Assembly: GCA_021781955.1 (NCBI GenBank)
Contig: JAJXVV010000002.1
Coordinates: 74,730 to 138,729, forward strand
Source of the DNA: a bacterium
Lineage (GTDB): Bacteria > Patescibacteriota > Minisyncoccia > Phycocordibacterales > UBA2100
Direction: 5' to 3'
DNA: 64,000 nucleotides
Shown here: positions 17,508 to 27,190 of the stretch, piece after piece
Layout of the letters: the number at the start of each line of letters is the position of its first letter
How positions within the stretch are numbered: position 1 is the first letter of the stretch
Made by a program: the position numbers and the translations under genes
Notes under the pieces: generated by a model
What the model was told of the DNA's origin: nothing
The model's database searches: none
Seen by the model: the letters and a program-made list of their open reading frames with translations, nothing else

Positions 17508-19711
17508 AGCCCCCGTTTGATTCGCCGCATTGTTTCCACGAGGTAGTTGATCCAGTACTGTTTCGTGAGTGGCTTATCCTGTGCGTGGAGGTAGCTCTCG
17601 GCGAAACCGCCAAAGCCTTTCTTGAAGAGCGATAGCCCTGCCCACGGATGCTCGGGGCGGCCCTCCGGCGAGATGCCCCAAAAGTTGTAGAGCGTGCAGC
17701 CGCGGCGTTTCGCTTCTTGTATCACGCGCCACTGCAAAAGATACGACGCGTTGATGTCGCGGAACGTCGGCACCGAGCCGCTGTGATGGTAGAAGGCCTG
17801 TCCATTGTAGAAGATGATGATCGCTGCGGCGATGGTCCGACCTTCGTAGCTGCCGAAAAAGAACGCCGCATGACCGTCCTTGGCGAAGAGCTCGAACTCG
17901 CGCCTCAGGTGCTCTTTGCGGAACGGCGTGAACTGCTGCCGCTCGACGGTGGCTTGATACACCTGCCAGAATTTCTCGATGTCGCCCGGATCGGTGCTTT
18001 GCGCGATTTCGACGCCTTTTCTCTCCATCTGTTTGATGAGGTAGCGGGTCGTCTTGCGCATATCTTTCAACAGGTCGTCCTCAGACTTGGTGAGGTCGAG
18101 CATCCAGGCAAGTTCGGGATGCATATGGATTGGCGCGTTGCGGAAACCGAGCGAACGGTAGTGCTGGGCGGGCTCCTCCGTCGCGGGAGAGAGGGGGCAG
18201 ATGCGTATGAACGCGCACTTCTCGCGCGCGCCGAGAGCCTCGGCTTTCTCCGCGATGAATTCGAACAATAGCGCCTCGTCGTTACCCGGCGTTATGAGCG
18301 GGCCGTGCGGGCACAATAAAAAAGAACCGCGTCGTGCCGCTATTTTCAGGAAAAGCGCGGCCGCGACGAGTCGCTGCTCGCGGTACACGCCGATGCGGAA
18401 TACGCCCACGCCTTCTTCCGCATGCAGCTGCCCCCACGTCCACGAGTGCAAAAAGCTGTGCGGTGCACGCATAGTGATGAAGGCCTCCCACGCCGCTTCG
18501 CTCGTTACCTCGGCAACGTGATATCCGGCGTTACGCGCCTGCAGCCATTCGCTTGCGAGATCGGCGATGCGGCGCGCCGCTCTCTCGGAGACGTTGCGGT
18601 GCGTTGGCAAGTTGACCATGAGGTCCGCGACGCGTTCGCCGTGCGGGCATTCGCCGCGATAATTCGTATGTGAAATATATTTTTGCGGGGAAATCGGCGC
18701 GTCGTACCAGATGTCGGACACGTACATACCGTTCTTGCGCAGATATTCGATGAGTTGGTCACGATCAAGGGCGAGGAGCGGGAAACGTATAGCAGAGGTC
18801 TTATCGAATTTGAGCGGGAGAGGCGAGCAGACGCCGAAACGTTCCGCGTACATGCGGGCGATGCGCTGACGATGCGCTTGCGTTCGCTCGAGCTGCTGGA
18901 ATTGCCGTGTGATGAGCCCGCAGTACCAGTCCGGCAGAATGCGGACGTCGCTCTTGAAGCCGTCGAACGGGCGCGAGAGAAGATGCGACGAACGCAGGAG
19001 CGCGTGGAACGGCTTGCCTAAGCCGAGAGGATAGAGCGTGCGTATCTTCCACGTGAGGATCGGGTAAAGCCGGTCTTTGAGTTGTTGCGAAATCGGTACG
19101 GGTACCGCGGGTGCGGGCATTCGATCGGCGTACCGTCCGTTGCGGACGATGAGCGCGCCGCCCGAGACCGCATCGATCACCTTGTCCTGGCTGAACGAGA
19201 GTGCTGTGAAGTCGCCGACGGTGCCAGCCTCGCGGCCGTCAGCGTAGCGCGTGCCGATGGCATGGGCGAGGTCTTCGATGAGCGGTATGCCGTGCTCCTC
19301 GCAGAGCTTCTCGATGGGTCCGATGTCGCAAGGAAAGCCCAGCGTGTTCTGCACGACGACCGCGACGATACCAGCGTGCTCCGTAAGCGCTCGCTCGAGC
19401 GACTCCGGCGGGAAGTTGAGCGAGTGATCGCCGATGTCGAGGTAGAGCGGCGCGTGCCCGCTCTCGGCCACCGCCTCGAAGACCGCGTAGCACGTGTAGC
19501 CGTTGACGACGACCTTGCCTTTATGCGGCAGCGCTTCGAGCGCGAGCCGCAATGCATCGCGGCCTTTGTAGGTGAGGACAACGCTTCCACCGTAGCGCTG
19601 GCTCAAGAGTTTCGTGAGCTGGCCGCGCACGCCTTTGCCGCCAGAGGCGACGAGCGTCTGCAGCGCCGTGCGCAGATCGTAGTTGGAACCGAGCGAGTTG
19701 AATACGGTCAT
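17504..19711 (-). CDS. fusion protein: DegT/DnrJ/EryC1-type PLP aminotransferase (N) plus FemAB-family peptidyltransferase (C)
   Basis: N-terminal 380 aa show the sugar-aminotransferase pattern with SFSQDK lysine. C-terminal 350 aa show the FemAB pattern. One uninterrupted 735-aa frame. Confidence 0.8.
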   Translation of the reverse strand: MTVFNSLGSNYDLRTALQTLVASGGKGVRGQLTKLLSQRYGGSVVLTYKGRDALRLALEALPHKGKVVVNGYTCYAVFEAVAESGHAPLYLDIGDHSLNFPPESLERALTEHAGIVAVVVQNTLGFPCDIGPIEKLCEEHGIPLIEDLAHAIGTRYADGREAGTVGDFTALSFSQDKVIDAVSGGALIVRNGRYADRMPAPAVPVPISQQLKDRLYPILTWKIRTLYPLGLGKPFHALLRSSHLLSRPFDGFKSDVRILPDWYCGLITRQFQQLERTQAHRQRIARMYAERFGVCSPLPLKFDKTSAIRFPLLALDRDQLIEYLRKNGMYVSDIWYDAPISPQKYISHTNYRGECPHGERVADLMVNLPTHRNVSERAARRIADLASEWLQARNAGYHVAEVTSEAAWEAFITMRAPHSFLHSWTWGQLHAEEGVGVFRIGVYREQRLVAAALFLKIAARRGSFLLCPHGPLITPGNDEALLFEFIAEKAEALGAREKCAFIRICPLSPATEEPAQHYRSLGFRNAPIHMHPELAWMLDLTKSEDDLLKDMRKTTRYLIKQMERKGVEIAQSTDPGDIEKFWQVYQATVERQQFTPFRKEHLRREFELFAKDGHAAFFFGSYEGRTIAAAIIIFYNGQAFYHHSGSVPTFRDINASYLLQWRVIQEAKRRGCTLYNFWGISPEGRPEHPWAGLSLFKKGFGGFAESYLHAQDKPLTKQYWINYLVETMRRIKRGL

Positions 19712-20400
19712 AACGCTTCCGATTCTCGCTGGACGAGATCGGCCACCTCTTTTACGTTCGTGATGTGCGGCGAGTGGCGCGCGTCGGGGATGACGACGAG
19801 GCGCGACCCGGCGATGCGCGCGTGCATGAGCCTGCCATCTTCGAGCGGCGTTGTCGTGTCATGCGCCCCCCAGACGATGAGCGTGGGACAGGCAATTGCC
19901 GCAATCCGCTCGCTCAAATCCGCCGCGACCAGGTTCGCCATCGTCTTGCGCATGTTGGGGGAGGCATTGGCGTAATCGCTCGCACGTATCGCGCGACGGA
20001 AGGTGCCCCGCAAGCGCTCGAAGCGCACGAAGCGGCCGAATATCTGGGCGAGGACGCGGAACGCGTCACGCTTCAATTTACGCACGCCGCGCGGCGGAAT
20101 GCCCGCGCTATCTTCGAGGATGAGGCGCGATACTTTGTCCGGGCGCGCGAGCGCGTAGGCGAGCGATATGCGGCCGCCGTTGGAGTGGCCGTACAAGATT
20201 ACCCTGTCATCGCCGACAATCTCGTCGAGCCAGGCGGCGTAGTCGTCGAGCGTCCATACGGGATCGCTGCCGTCGGTAAGGCCAGGTATGCGGAGGAACT
20301 CGTGCTCGATGCCGCGCGCGGACAATTCCTGCCGCAGCGCGTCCCATGTCGCGGTTTGATATGTCCAGCCATGGAGCATCAAAAGCCTCATAATCCCCAT
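19708..20400 (-). CDS. alpha/beta hydrolase
   Basis: GHSNGG nucleophile elbow. Start likely MGIMRLL or MRLL. 4-nt overlap with the downstream fusion gene. Confidence 0.8.
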   Translation of the reverse strand: MGIMRLLMLHGWTYQTATWDALRQELSARGIEHEFLRIPGLTDGSDPVWTLDDYAAWLDEIVGDDRVILYGHSNGGRISLAYALARPDKVSRLILEDSAGIPPRGVRKLKRDAFRVLAQIFGRFVRFERLRGTFRRAIRASDYANASPNMRKTMANLVAADLSERIAAIACPTLIVWGAHDTTTPLEDGRLMHARIAGSRLVVIPDARHSPHITNVKEVADLVQRESEAL

Positions 20401-21644
20401 TGTGCTCGCCGCTTTCGCCATATTTCCTCTCGTCGGCAGAGCTTTGCCGCGTCGGAAGGGTCGGCAAGCAGGTGCTCGACCACGCCCTCAAGAAAGCGCG
20501 CGCCCTTGAAAACGATGGTCTCACCGCCGCGAAGATTCGTGCGCAAGTATTCGAGCGCGTCCGCCGGCTTCTCCAGCGGAATAACCTCTTTGTTGACGAC
20601 GAGCGGCAGCGTGTAGCGAGTAACGCGCGGCCCGACGAACAGGATGCGTCGCACGTCCATGCCGTTGAGCAGGTGCGCCAGTTTCTCGTGCTCTTCCTTT
20701 TCTTGCGATCCCTGCTCGACAAAATCGCCGAGCACGAGCCAGAGCTCTTTTGCGGGGAATTTCTCGACCATCTTGAGAATGGCACGCGTTGAGGAGAAGT
20801 TGGCGTTGTACGTGCTGTCGATGAGAACCGTCGTCTTGATGCCTTTGAGGAGCGAACTGCGGCCGGGCGGTAGAGCGGCTTTCCAGAGTTCCGTGGTCGG
20901 CGTGACGCCGAAATACGTCGCGACCTCGGCGGATGCAGCGATGGAAGCCCATGTTTCTTCCGGCAACAGGTAGGGTACGCGGTATCGCGTGCCGCCGATG
21001 CCGAACTCAGTGCCGCTGATCGTGATATCCCATCGAACGTTCTCATCGGTTTTGCGTAGCGCGCGGACCTTGGCGTCGGCGCGCGGCACTTCGTCGCCGA
21101 TGAGCGGCTCGTCGGCGTTCACTATGACGAGCCGCTGCGCGCGTTCAGCGAAATAGCCGAATTCATGCGCGATGAGCCGGTCCACGGAAACGCCCCGCGC
21201 ACGAGCGGAGCGCTCGAAATTCATGCTGTGTGTGCGCGCCGACGAGAGCCACACGACGACCTCTGGTTCGAGGAGCGCGCTTAAGAATTCACCTTCGCCC
21301 GGACGGTCGCTGTCGGCCTCGACGACGTAGATGTTCTCGGGATACGGTCCCTTCCACGCATATATCGGCGCGAGCAGGAAAAACCAGAGCCACTCGATCG
21401 GCGCATAGCTCTTGCGCGTGAGGCCGAGGATGTCGAAGGGGATGCCGAAGGAGCTGTTGGCGTGGCGCGAGTAATGGGCACGCTCGCCGAGCTGCATCTC
21501 GATCAGCGTGAACGTGGTCGTTTTGCCGTTGGAGCCGGTCACGACGACGACGCGCGGATGCCAGCGCGCAAGACGGATACGCGCGAAAAAGCGGAAGTAG
21601 GCCGCGATGGGGAAGTAAAAGAAGTCCTTGATACGGCACACCAT
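20388..21644 (-). CDS. Mur ligase family protein (MurF-like central and C-terminal domains, no N-domain)
   Basis: VVVTGSNGKTTT P-loop directly at the N-terminus. 418 aa. Confidence 0.7.
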   Translation of the reverse strand: MVCRIKDFFYFPIAAYFRFFARIRLARWHPRVVVVTGSNGKTTTFTLIEMQLGERAHYSRHANSSFGIPFDILGLTRKSYAPIEWLWFFLLAPIYAWKGPYPENIYVVEADSDRPGEGEFLSALLEPEVVVWLSSARTHSMNFERSARARGVSVDRLIAHEFGYFAERAQRLVIVNADEPLIGDEVPRADAKVRALRKTDENVRWDITISGTEFGIGGTRYRVPYLLPEETWASIAASAEVATYFGVTPTTELWKAALPPGRSSLLKGIKTTVLIDSTYNANFSSTRAILKMVEKFPAKELWLVLGDFVEQGSQEKEEHEKLAHLLNGMDVRRILFVGPRVTRYTLPLVVNKEVIPLEKPADALEYLRTNLRGGETIVFKGARFLEGVVEHLLADPSDAAKLCRREEIWRKRRAQWGL

Positions 21645-21719
21645 TCAGCACAGAATACTCGATTTTCCACGATTTTCCACGCACTCGCCAGGCGGCTCTC
21701 GGAGCGGTACTATTGAACG

Positions 21720-22412
21720 ATGGATGGCAAACGCAGAGTAGCGGCATTCGACGTGGACGGTACCATATTCCGCTCATCCCTTTTGATACAAGTGGTCGAC
21801 CGTCTCATCGAGAAGCAGGTCTTCCCGAAGGAGGCGCGAGCGGTGTATGCGCGCGAGTATGAGCGCTGGCTCAATCGCGAAGGCGACTACCAGGAGTACA
21901 TCGACGCGGTCGTGCGGGCGTTCGTCGGGCATCTGAAGGGCGTGCATTACGCGGCGCTCGCCGATGCGGCGGAGGAGCTCGTTGACGAGCAGTGGAAGCG
22001 CACGTACCGCTATACGCGCGACCTCCTCAAAGAACTCAAGGATAAGGGATATTTCTTGCTCGCGGTCTCGCATTCGCCGAAAACGGTTCTCGACAAATTC
22101 TGTCCGCGCCTCGGTTTCGACAAGACCTACGGCATGATATACGAGCTCGGACCGCAGGACCGCTTCACGGGCGAGGTCGTCGACGCGCACCTCATCTACA
22201 ACAAGGCGGCGATTGTGCGCCGCGCCGTCGAGAAGGAGAACCTCACGCTCGCGCATTCGATCGGCGTCGGCGATACCGAGAGCGATATCCCGTTCCTCGA
22301 GCTCGTTGCCAAGCCGATCTGCTTCAATCCGAACCAGAAGCTTTACCGCACGGCGAAACGATCAGGCTGGAAAGTGATCGTCGAGCGAAAAGATGTGGTG
22401 TATGAGCTGTAG
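21720..22412 (+). CDS. HAD-superfamily hydrolase
   Basis: N-terminal motif I: FDVDGT... Confidence 0.8.
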   Translation: MDGKRRVAAFDVDGTIFRSSLLIQVVDRLIEKQVFPKEARAVYAREYERWLNREGDYQEYIDAVVRAFVGHLKGVHYAALADAAEELVDEQWKRTYRYTRDLLKELKDKGYFLLAVSHSPKTVLDKFCPRLGFDKTYGMIYELGPQDRFTGEVVDAHLIYNKAAIVRRAVEKENLTLAHSIGVGDTESDIPFLELVAKPICFNPNQKLYRTAKRSGWKVIVERKDVVYEL

Positions 22413-22456
22413 TACGCCGATCGTGCGCCCTTTCATCGAACGCCGATACCGGTGAC

Positions 22457-23335
22457 ATGCGCGCACGACGAGTCACGACATCGAATGAGGTGGACCGACG
22501 AACGGCTGGCGCTGTTCGTCTGAAAGAGCGCGCTGTCCGCTTCCGCCGTGCCGTGTGGGCGTACTACCGTATGCACGGTCGGCACGATCTCCTGTGGAGG
22601 AGGACCACAGATCCGTACCGCATCCTCGTTTCCGAAATGATGCTGCAGCAAACGCAAGTGCCGCGCGTGATACCGAAATACCGGTCGTTCATCAAAAGAT
22701 TCCCGACCGTCCGGCGCTTGGCGCAAGCCTCGCTCGCCGATGTTCTAAAAGAGTGGAGCGGATTAGGATACAACCGGCGTGGGAAGTTCCTGCATGACGC
22801 AGCGAAGGAGGTCGTCGGACGATACGGCGGGCGCGTCCCGCAGGACGCGCCCGCTCTCCGCGCGCTATCGGGGGTCGGCGAGTATACCGCTTCTGCCGTT
22901 CGCGCTTTCGCATTCAACAAGCGGGTCGCGATGCTTGAGACCAACATCCGTACCGCTCTCATTCATCATTTTCATACCACAGAGGACGGTCCTCTGGGGA
23001 AAGTTGGGGACAAGGGCTTGACGGAATTGATGGCGAAGATCGTCGAGGTCGAGAAACGACCGAGGGAATTCTACTGGGCGCTCATGGATTACGGCGCGCA
23101 TCTGAAAGCGAGCGGCGTACGGAACAATATTCGCAGCAAGCACTACGCGAAGCAATCGAGGTTCGAAGGCTCGCTCCGCCAAGTTCGCGGGGAGATCCTC
23201 CGCCAGCTCTCCAACGGAGGACCGTCCTCTGCAATATGCAGAGGACGGTCCTCTGCGCGGATGCGGGAGGCGCTCAGCGGGTTGGAGCGGGACGGTCTTA
23301 TCAAAAAGGAGAAAGGGAAATGGCACATCGCCTAA
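22457..23335 (+). CDS. MutY-like HhH-GPD adenine glycosylase homolog lacking the FeS Cys cluster
   Basis: MutY-like start WAYYRMHGRHDLLWRR and HhH LRALSGVGEYTASAV. No C-x6-C-x2-C-x5-C. Contains three in-frame copies of the palindromic repeat. Confidence 0.7.
   Translation: MRARRVTTSNEVDRRTAGAVRLKERAVRFRRAVWAYYRMHGRHDLLWRRTTDPYRILVSEMMLQQTQVPRVIPKYRSFIKRFPTVRRLAQASLADVLKEWSGLGYNRRGKFLHDAAKEVVGRYGGRVPQDAPALRALSGVGEYTASAVRAFAFNKRVAMLETNIRTALIHHFHTTEDGPLGKVGDKGLTELMAKIVEVEKRPREFYWALMDYGAHLKASGVRNNIRSKHYAKQSRFEGSLRQVRGEILRQLSNGGPSSAICRGRSSARMREALSGLERDGLIKKEKGKWHIA
22980..22999. repeat. palindromic repeat copy inside the MutY-like CDS
   Basis: CAGAGGACGGTCCTCTG-ggg, translated in-frame as TEDGPLG. 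Confidence 0.85.
23215..23255. repeat. two inverted copies of the palindromic repeat inside the MutY-like CDS
   Basis: cGGAGGACCGTCCTCTG-caatatg-CAGAGGACGGTCCTCTG, translated in-frame as NGGPSSAICRGRSSA. Confidence 0.85.
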
Positions 23336-23372
23336 AAGCGAAGCGGCAAGTGGCCACGATTCACGCGTGACC

Positions 23373-25289
23373 TCAAACGCTCACAATGACAGGGATTACG
23401 ATCGGGCGTTTCATTGTTTTTTGCAGCAAGAAGCGGGAAACGGAATCCGCGAGATCGTCGCGCGCGACATCGAGATCGGCTGAGCGCGGGTTGCGGAGCG
23501 AGGTTTCCACCGATTTGCGGATGATGAGGCGCGTCTGGTCCATGAGCTCCTTGTTGTCGCGCAGGTAGACGAAACCGCGCGAGATGATGTCGGGCGATTT
23601 GTGAAGTTTGCCCGTGCGGCGATCGACCGTGGCGACGACGACGCAGAAGCCCTCCTGGCCGAGCGCTTTCCGGTCGCGCATGAGCACATCGGAAAGTTCG
23701 CTCACGACGTGGCCTTCGACGACGCGCAGCTCGAAGGGCGCCCTGACCGGCAATTTGCTGATCTTCTCGCCGTTCTTTATCTCGATGACGGAGGAGTTGT
23801 CAGGGACACAGACGTGTTTGGGATCGACGCCCATCTCGACGGCGAGGTCGGCATGCACGCGCAGCATGTAGTGGTAGCCGTGGACGGGTACGAAGAAGTT
23901 GGGTTTGATCTGGCGATGGATCCATGCCGCTTCCTCGCGATTGCCGTGGCCGGAAGCGTGCACGTCGCTCGCGTGGTACGTGATGATGTGCGCGCCCTGG
24001 CGCGAGAGGTTGTCCTTGAGCTTTTGTACCGCGCGCTCGTTGCCGGGGATGACGGAAGAGGAAAGCACGACCGTGTCGGTCGGCTGCAGTTGGATGTACT
24101 TGTGGGATTTGTTGCCGATGCGCGCGAGCGAGGCGAACTCGTCGCCCTGCGCGCCGGTCGCGAGGATGAGGACGCGTTCGGGCGGATACTCGCCCATGTT
24201 CTCGACCGCGATGACCGTATCGTCCTTGTACTTTACGAGCCCGAGCTCTCGCGCTATCTCGATGTTGGTGCGCATCGAGCGGCCGTCGATGACGACCTTC
24301 TTGCCGTAGGTCTCGGCGAAGCCGATGATACGGATCAAGCGTTCAAGGTGCGAGGCGAACATCGCGATGATGAGACGGCCTTTCGAATCTTTGATGATAC
24401 CCTCGAGCGTGCGGTAGACGTTCACCTCGGGGATGGAGAATCCTGGCTGCCAGACGTTCGTGCTGTCCATGAGGAGCGCGAGTACCTTGCGATGCGCGAA
24501 GATGCCGAACTCGCGCTTCTCCTCGTCGGACGGCTCGCCGTCCACGTGCGAGAGCTTGATGTCGCCAGTGAAGACGACGTCGCCCCACGGCGTTTCAATG
24601 ATAATGCCCATCGAATCTGGGACCGTGTGCGTCACGCCGAAGAAGCGAATGGTCGCTGCGCCGAGCTTGAGCACTTCATTCTTCTCGACCTCGCGTATTT
24701 GCACGGGTTGTGCAGAAGCGAATTCCTCCTGGCGTTTCTGTATCATGCGGCCGGTGAGACGGCGCGTATAGATGACGGGGTTGCCGATGCGGTCGAGGAT
24801 GTAGGGGATGCCGCCGATGTGGTCGAGGTGGCCGTGCGAGATGAGGAGTCCGCGTATTTTGTCGCGGCGCTCTTCGAGGTAGCCCGTGTTCGGGAGGATG
24901 TAGTCGATGCCCGGCGTTTCGTCCTCGCTGAACTGGAAGCCGCAATCGAGGATGAAGATGTCGTTGCCGACCTCGATCGCGGTCATGTTGCGGCCGATCT
25001 CCTCGACGCCGCCCAAGGGGATGATGCGCACGGTGTCAGCGGCGGGCGGCGGAATGACGCCGCCCGGCTTTTTGTCGCGCGGGGTTTGATGTTCGACGTG
25101 CGCTTTGCCGCGCCGACGGGGCGGATGATTGCTCTGCCACGGCGCGCGGCGGCGTTTTTGCGGCGGGCGCTGGGGGCGGCCCCGATGGGGCGTGCCGTGC
25201 CGCTCGCGAGCGGCATGCGGGCGGCTTGTCCCGCCGCCAAGGCGGGCTGAGTCGCCGTGCGAGCGGGAATTGTCTGATGATGGTTCCAT
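23373..25289 (-). CDS. rnj: ribonuclease J (metallo-beta-lactamase/beta-CASP)
   Basis: HGHLDHIGGIPYIL and the beta-CASP region. Basic low-complexity N-terminal extension. Start set at Met30 to avoid overlap with the upstream gene. Confidence 0.85.
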   Translation of the reverse strand: MEPSSDNSRSHGDSARLGGGTSRPHAARERHGTPHRGRPQRPPQKRRRAPWQSNHPPRRRGKAHVEHQTPRDKKPGGVIPPPAADTVRIIPLGGVEEIGRNMTAIEVGNDIFILDCGFQFSEDETPGIDYILPNTGYLEERRDKIRGLLISHGHLDHIGGIPYILDRIGNPVIYTRRLTGRMIQKRQEEFASAQPVQIREVEKNEVLKLGAATIRFFGVTHTVPDSMGIIIETPWGDVVFTGDIKLSHVDGEPSDEEKREFGIFAHRKVLALLMDSTNVWQPGFSIPEVNVYRTLEGIIKDSKGRLIIAMFASHLERLIRIIGFAETYGKKVVIDGRSMRTNIEIARELGLVKYKDDTVIAVENMGEYPPERVLILATGAQGDEFASLARIGNKSHKYIQLQPTDTVVLSSSVIPGNERAVQKLKDNLSRQGAHIITYHASDVHASGHGNREEAAWIHRQIKPNFFVPVHGYHYMLRVHADLAVEMGVDPKHVCVPDNSSVIEIKNGEKISKLPVRAPFELRVVEGHVVSELSDVLMRDRKALGQEGFCVVVATVDRRTGKLHKSPDIISRGFVYLRDNKELMDQTRLIIRKSVETSLRNPRSADLDVARDDLADSVSRFLLQKTMKRPIVIPVIVSV

Positions 25290-25303
25290 ACGGAAAGTGA
25301 TGT

Positions 25304-27148
25304 TTAGTAAGTAACGGTTGATAATTGATTGCCTTTCGCGAACACGCTCCAGACGTATTCGGTCTCTTCGTACCACTGGTACACGTCGAGGAAACGATCC
25401 GATGGCTGCGAGAGCACGCCGAGTTCGACGCCTTGCAAATCCTTCGGTACGACGTAGATGAACTGCGGAGCGTACAGGAATACCGCAGGATGGTCTTTCT
25501 CGATGTCCGCAGCGAACTGGACGTAAAGCTTGTCGCGAGCGGAGCTGTCGGTCGCGGCACGGGCCTGCGAGAGGAGCGCGTCGACCTGAGAATTCGCATA
25601 CATCGAGAGGTTGAGGCCCGGGTCATTGCGCTGGCTCGAGTGCCAGAAGGCGAAGAGGTCCGGCGATCGGCCGACGACCTCGCCGAAGAGCAGTACGTCG
25701 TAGTTGCGCGGGCGAATGACGTTGGTGTTCAGGTCGGAGATGGGGTAGATCTGCACGTTGGCCTGGACGCCGATCGCTTGCCACTCGGCAGCGACCTGTT
25801 TTGCGGTCGCGACGAGTTCCGGCTGGTCGGCGGTCGCTATCGTGAGCGAGAGCGTCTCCTTGCCTTTCGTCCAAACGTTGTTCGTCTGATCGAAGGCCCA
25901 GCCGCCTTTTTGCAGCAGCGCGCGCGCGGCGTCGTAGTTGCTCTGATCGGGCGTGGTCGAAGCAGCGATCGTCACGCGCGGGAGGGCCATCGGTTCGGCG
26001 GGCGTGGTGTCGCCCAAAACGCCGGGCGGTACGGGTCCCTGCAAGACGGTCCCAAAGCCATCGAGTACGCTTTGCACAAGCTGTTTTTTGTCCACTGCCG
26101 CGTCGAGCGCCGCTCGCACGGAGCCGTCGGCGAGCGCCGCGTCGTGGTTCTGATTGAAGAAGAGCGCGAAGGTGCGGGGAAGCGCGACGCGCACGACATT
26201 GACGTCGTTGCGCTTGAGATCGGGCAGGTTCTCAGGAGAAACGCCGGCGATCGCATCGATCTGATGCGCGTTGAATGCTTTGATCATGTCGTCCTCGCTC
26301 GTGTAGAAGAGGAACGTGATGCGCGAGAGGTGCGGCTGTCCGAACGTGAAGTCGGCGAACGGCACGAGATCGTAGCGCGTCGGCGAGCCGGTCGAATCGG
26401 TGCTGACGCTCGCGATCTTGTACGGACCGCTTCCGATGGGGTGCGTGTTGGCAGGCGCGAAGGGAAATTCTTCCGCAGGCACGTCCTTCCAGATGTGCGC
26501 GGGCAAGATGCCCATCGTCGCGTTCTCCATAAAGGGCGCGTACGCATGCGGCAGCGTGAAGACCACTGTTTCAGGATCGGGCGACGAGACCTGCACGCCT
26601 TGCCAGTCGGCGCGTCGGGGACTGTTGATGCCGGGGTTCTGCGCCGCCTGCACCGTGAATATGACGTCGGCGGCGGTGACCGGCGTGCCGTCCTGGAAGG
26701 TCGCGCCCGGACGCAAATGGAAGGTGTAGGTCGTCCCGTCGGGCGATATGTCGTAGCTCTGCGCGAGATCGGGCACATAGCTGCCGTCGGGAGTGGCGCG
26801 CATGAGCCCGGAGTAAACGAGTTGCGTTAGATCCTCATCCGCCTGCGAGAGCGTCAAGACCGGATTGATGAAGCGCACGGGCGCGAGCTCTCCTTCAACG
26901 AGCGTACCGCCCTGCGCAGGCACCTGCACCGACACCGCGATGTCGAGGCCGATCACAAGTACAAGCGTCGAAAGCGTGAGCAGTGCCGTGAGCCCGTAGA
27001 GCGCGAGACGATCGCCCGGCGAGAATGAGTTCAAAAGTCGCGCGACCGAGCTCAGGCGGCCGAACGGGCGTTCGCGGGAGAGCCGCTCTTTGAGGGCTTT
27101 CGCTTTCTGCAGATAGGAGGTGGGATCAAGGCTCATAACGCAACGCAT
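25304..27148 (-). CDS. ABC transporter substrate-binding protein, family 5 (peptide/nickel type), membrane-anchored
   Basis: 614 aa with an N-terminal TM segment and SBP_bac_5-like pattern. Confidence 0.75.
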   Translation of the reverse strand: MRCVMSLDPTSYLQKAKALKERLSRERPFGRLSSVARLLNSFSPGDRLALYGLTALLTLSTLVLVIGLDIAVSVQVPAQGGTLVEGELAPVRFINPVLTLSQADEDLTQLVYSGLMRATPDGSYVPDLAQSYDISPDGTTYTFHLRPGATFQDGTPVTAADVIFTVQAAQNPGINSPRRADWQGVQVSSPDPETVVFTLPHAYAPFMENATMGILPAHIWKDVPAEEFPFAPANTHPIGSGPYKIASVSTDSTGSPTRYDLVPFADFTFGQPHLSRITFLFYTSEDDMIKAFNAHQIDAIAGVSPENLPDLKRNDVNVVRVALPRTFALFFNQNHDAALADGSVRAALDAAVDKKQLVQSVLDGFGTVLQGPVPPGVLGDTTPAEPMALPRVTIAASTTPDQSNYDAARALLQKGGWAFDQTNNVWTKGKETLSLTIATADQPELVATAKQVAAEWQAIGVQANVQIYPISDLNTNVIRPRNYDVLLFGEVVGRSPDLFAFWHSSQRNDPGLNLSMYANSQVDALLSQARAATDSSARDKLYVQFAADIEKDHPAVFLYAPQFIYVVPKDLQGVELGVLSQPSDRFLDVYQWYEETEYVWSVFAKGNQLSTVTY

Positions 27149-27190
27149 GCATGCGTCGCGCCCCGCATCGTTGGATACAGGGCTGAAGCA

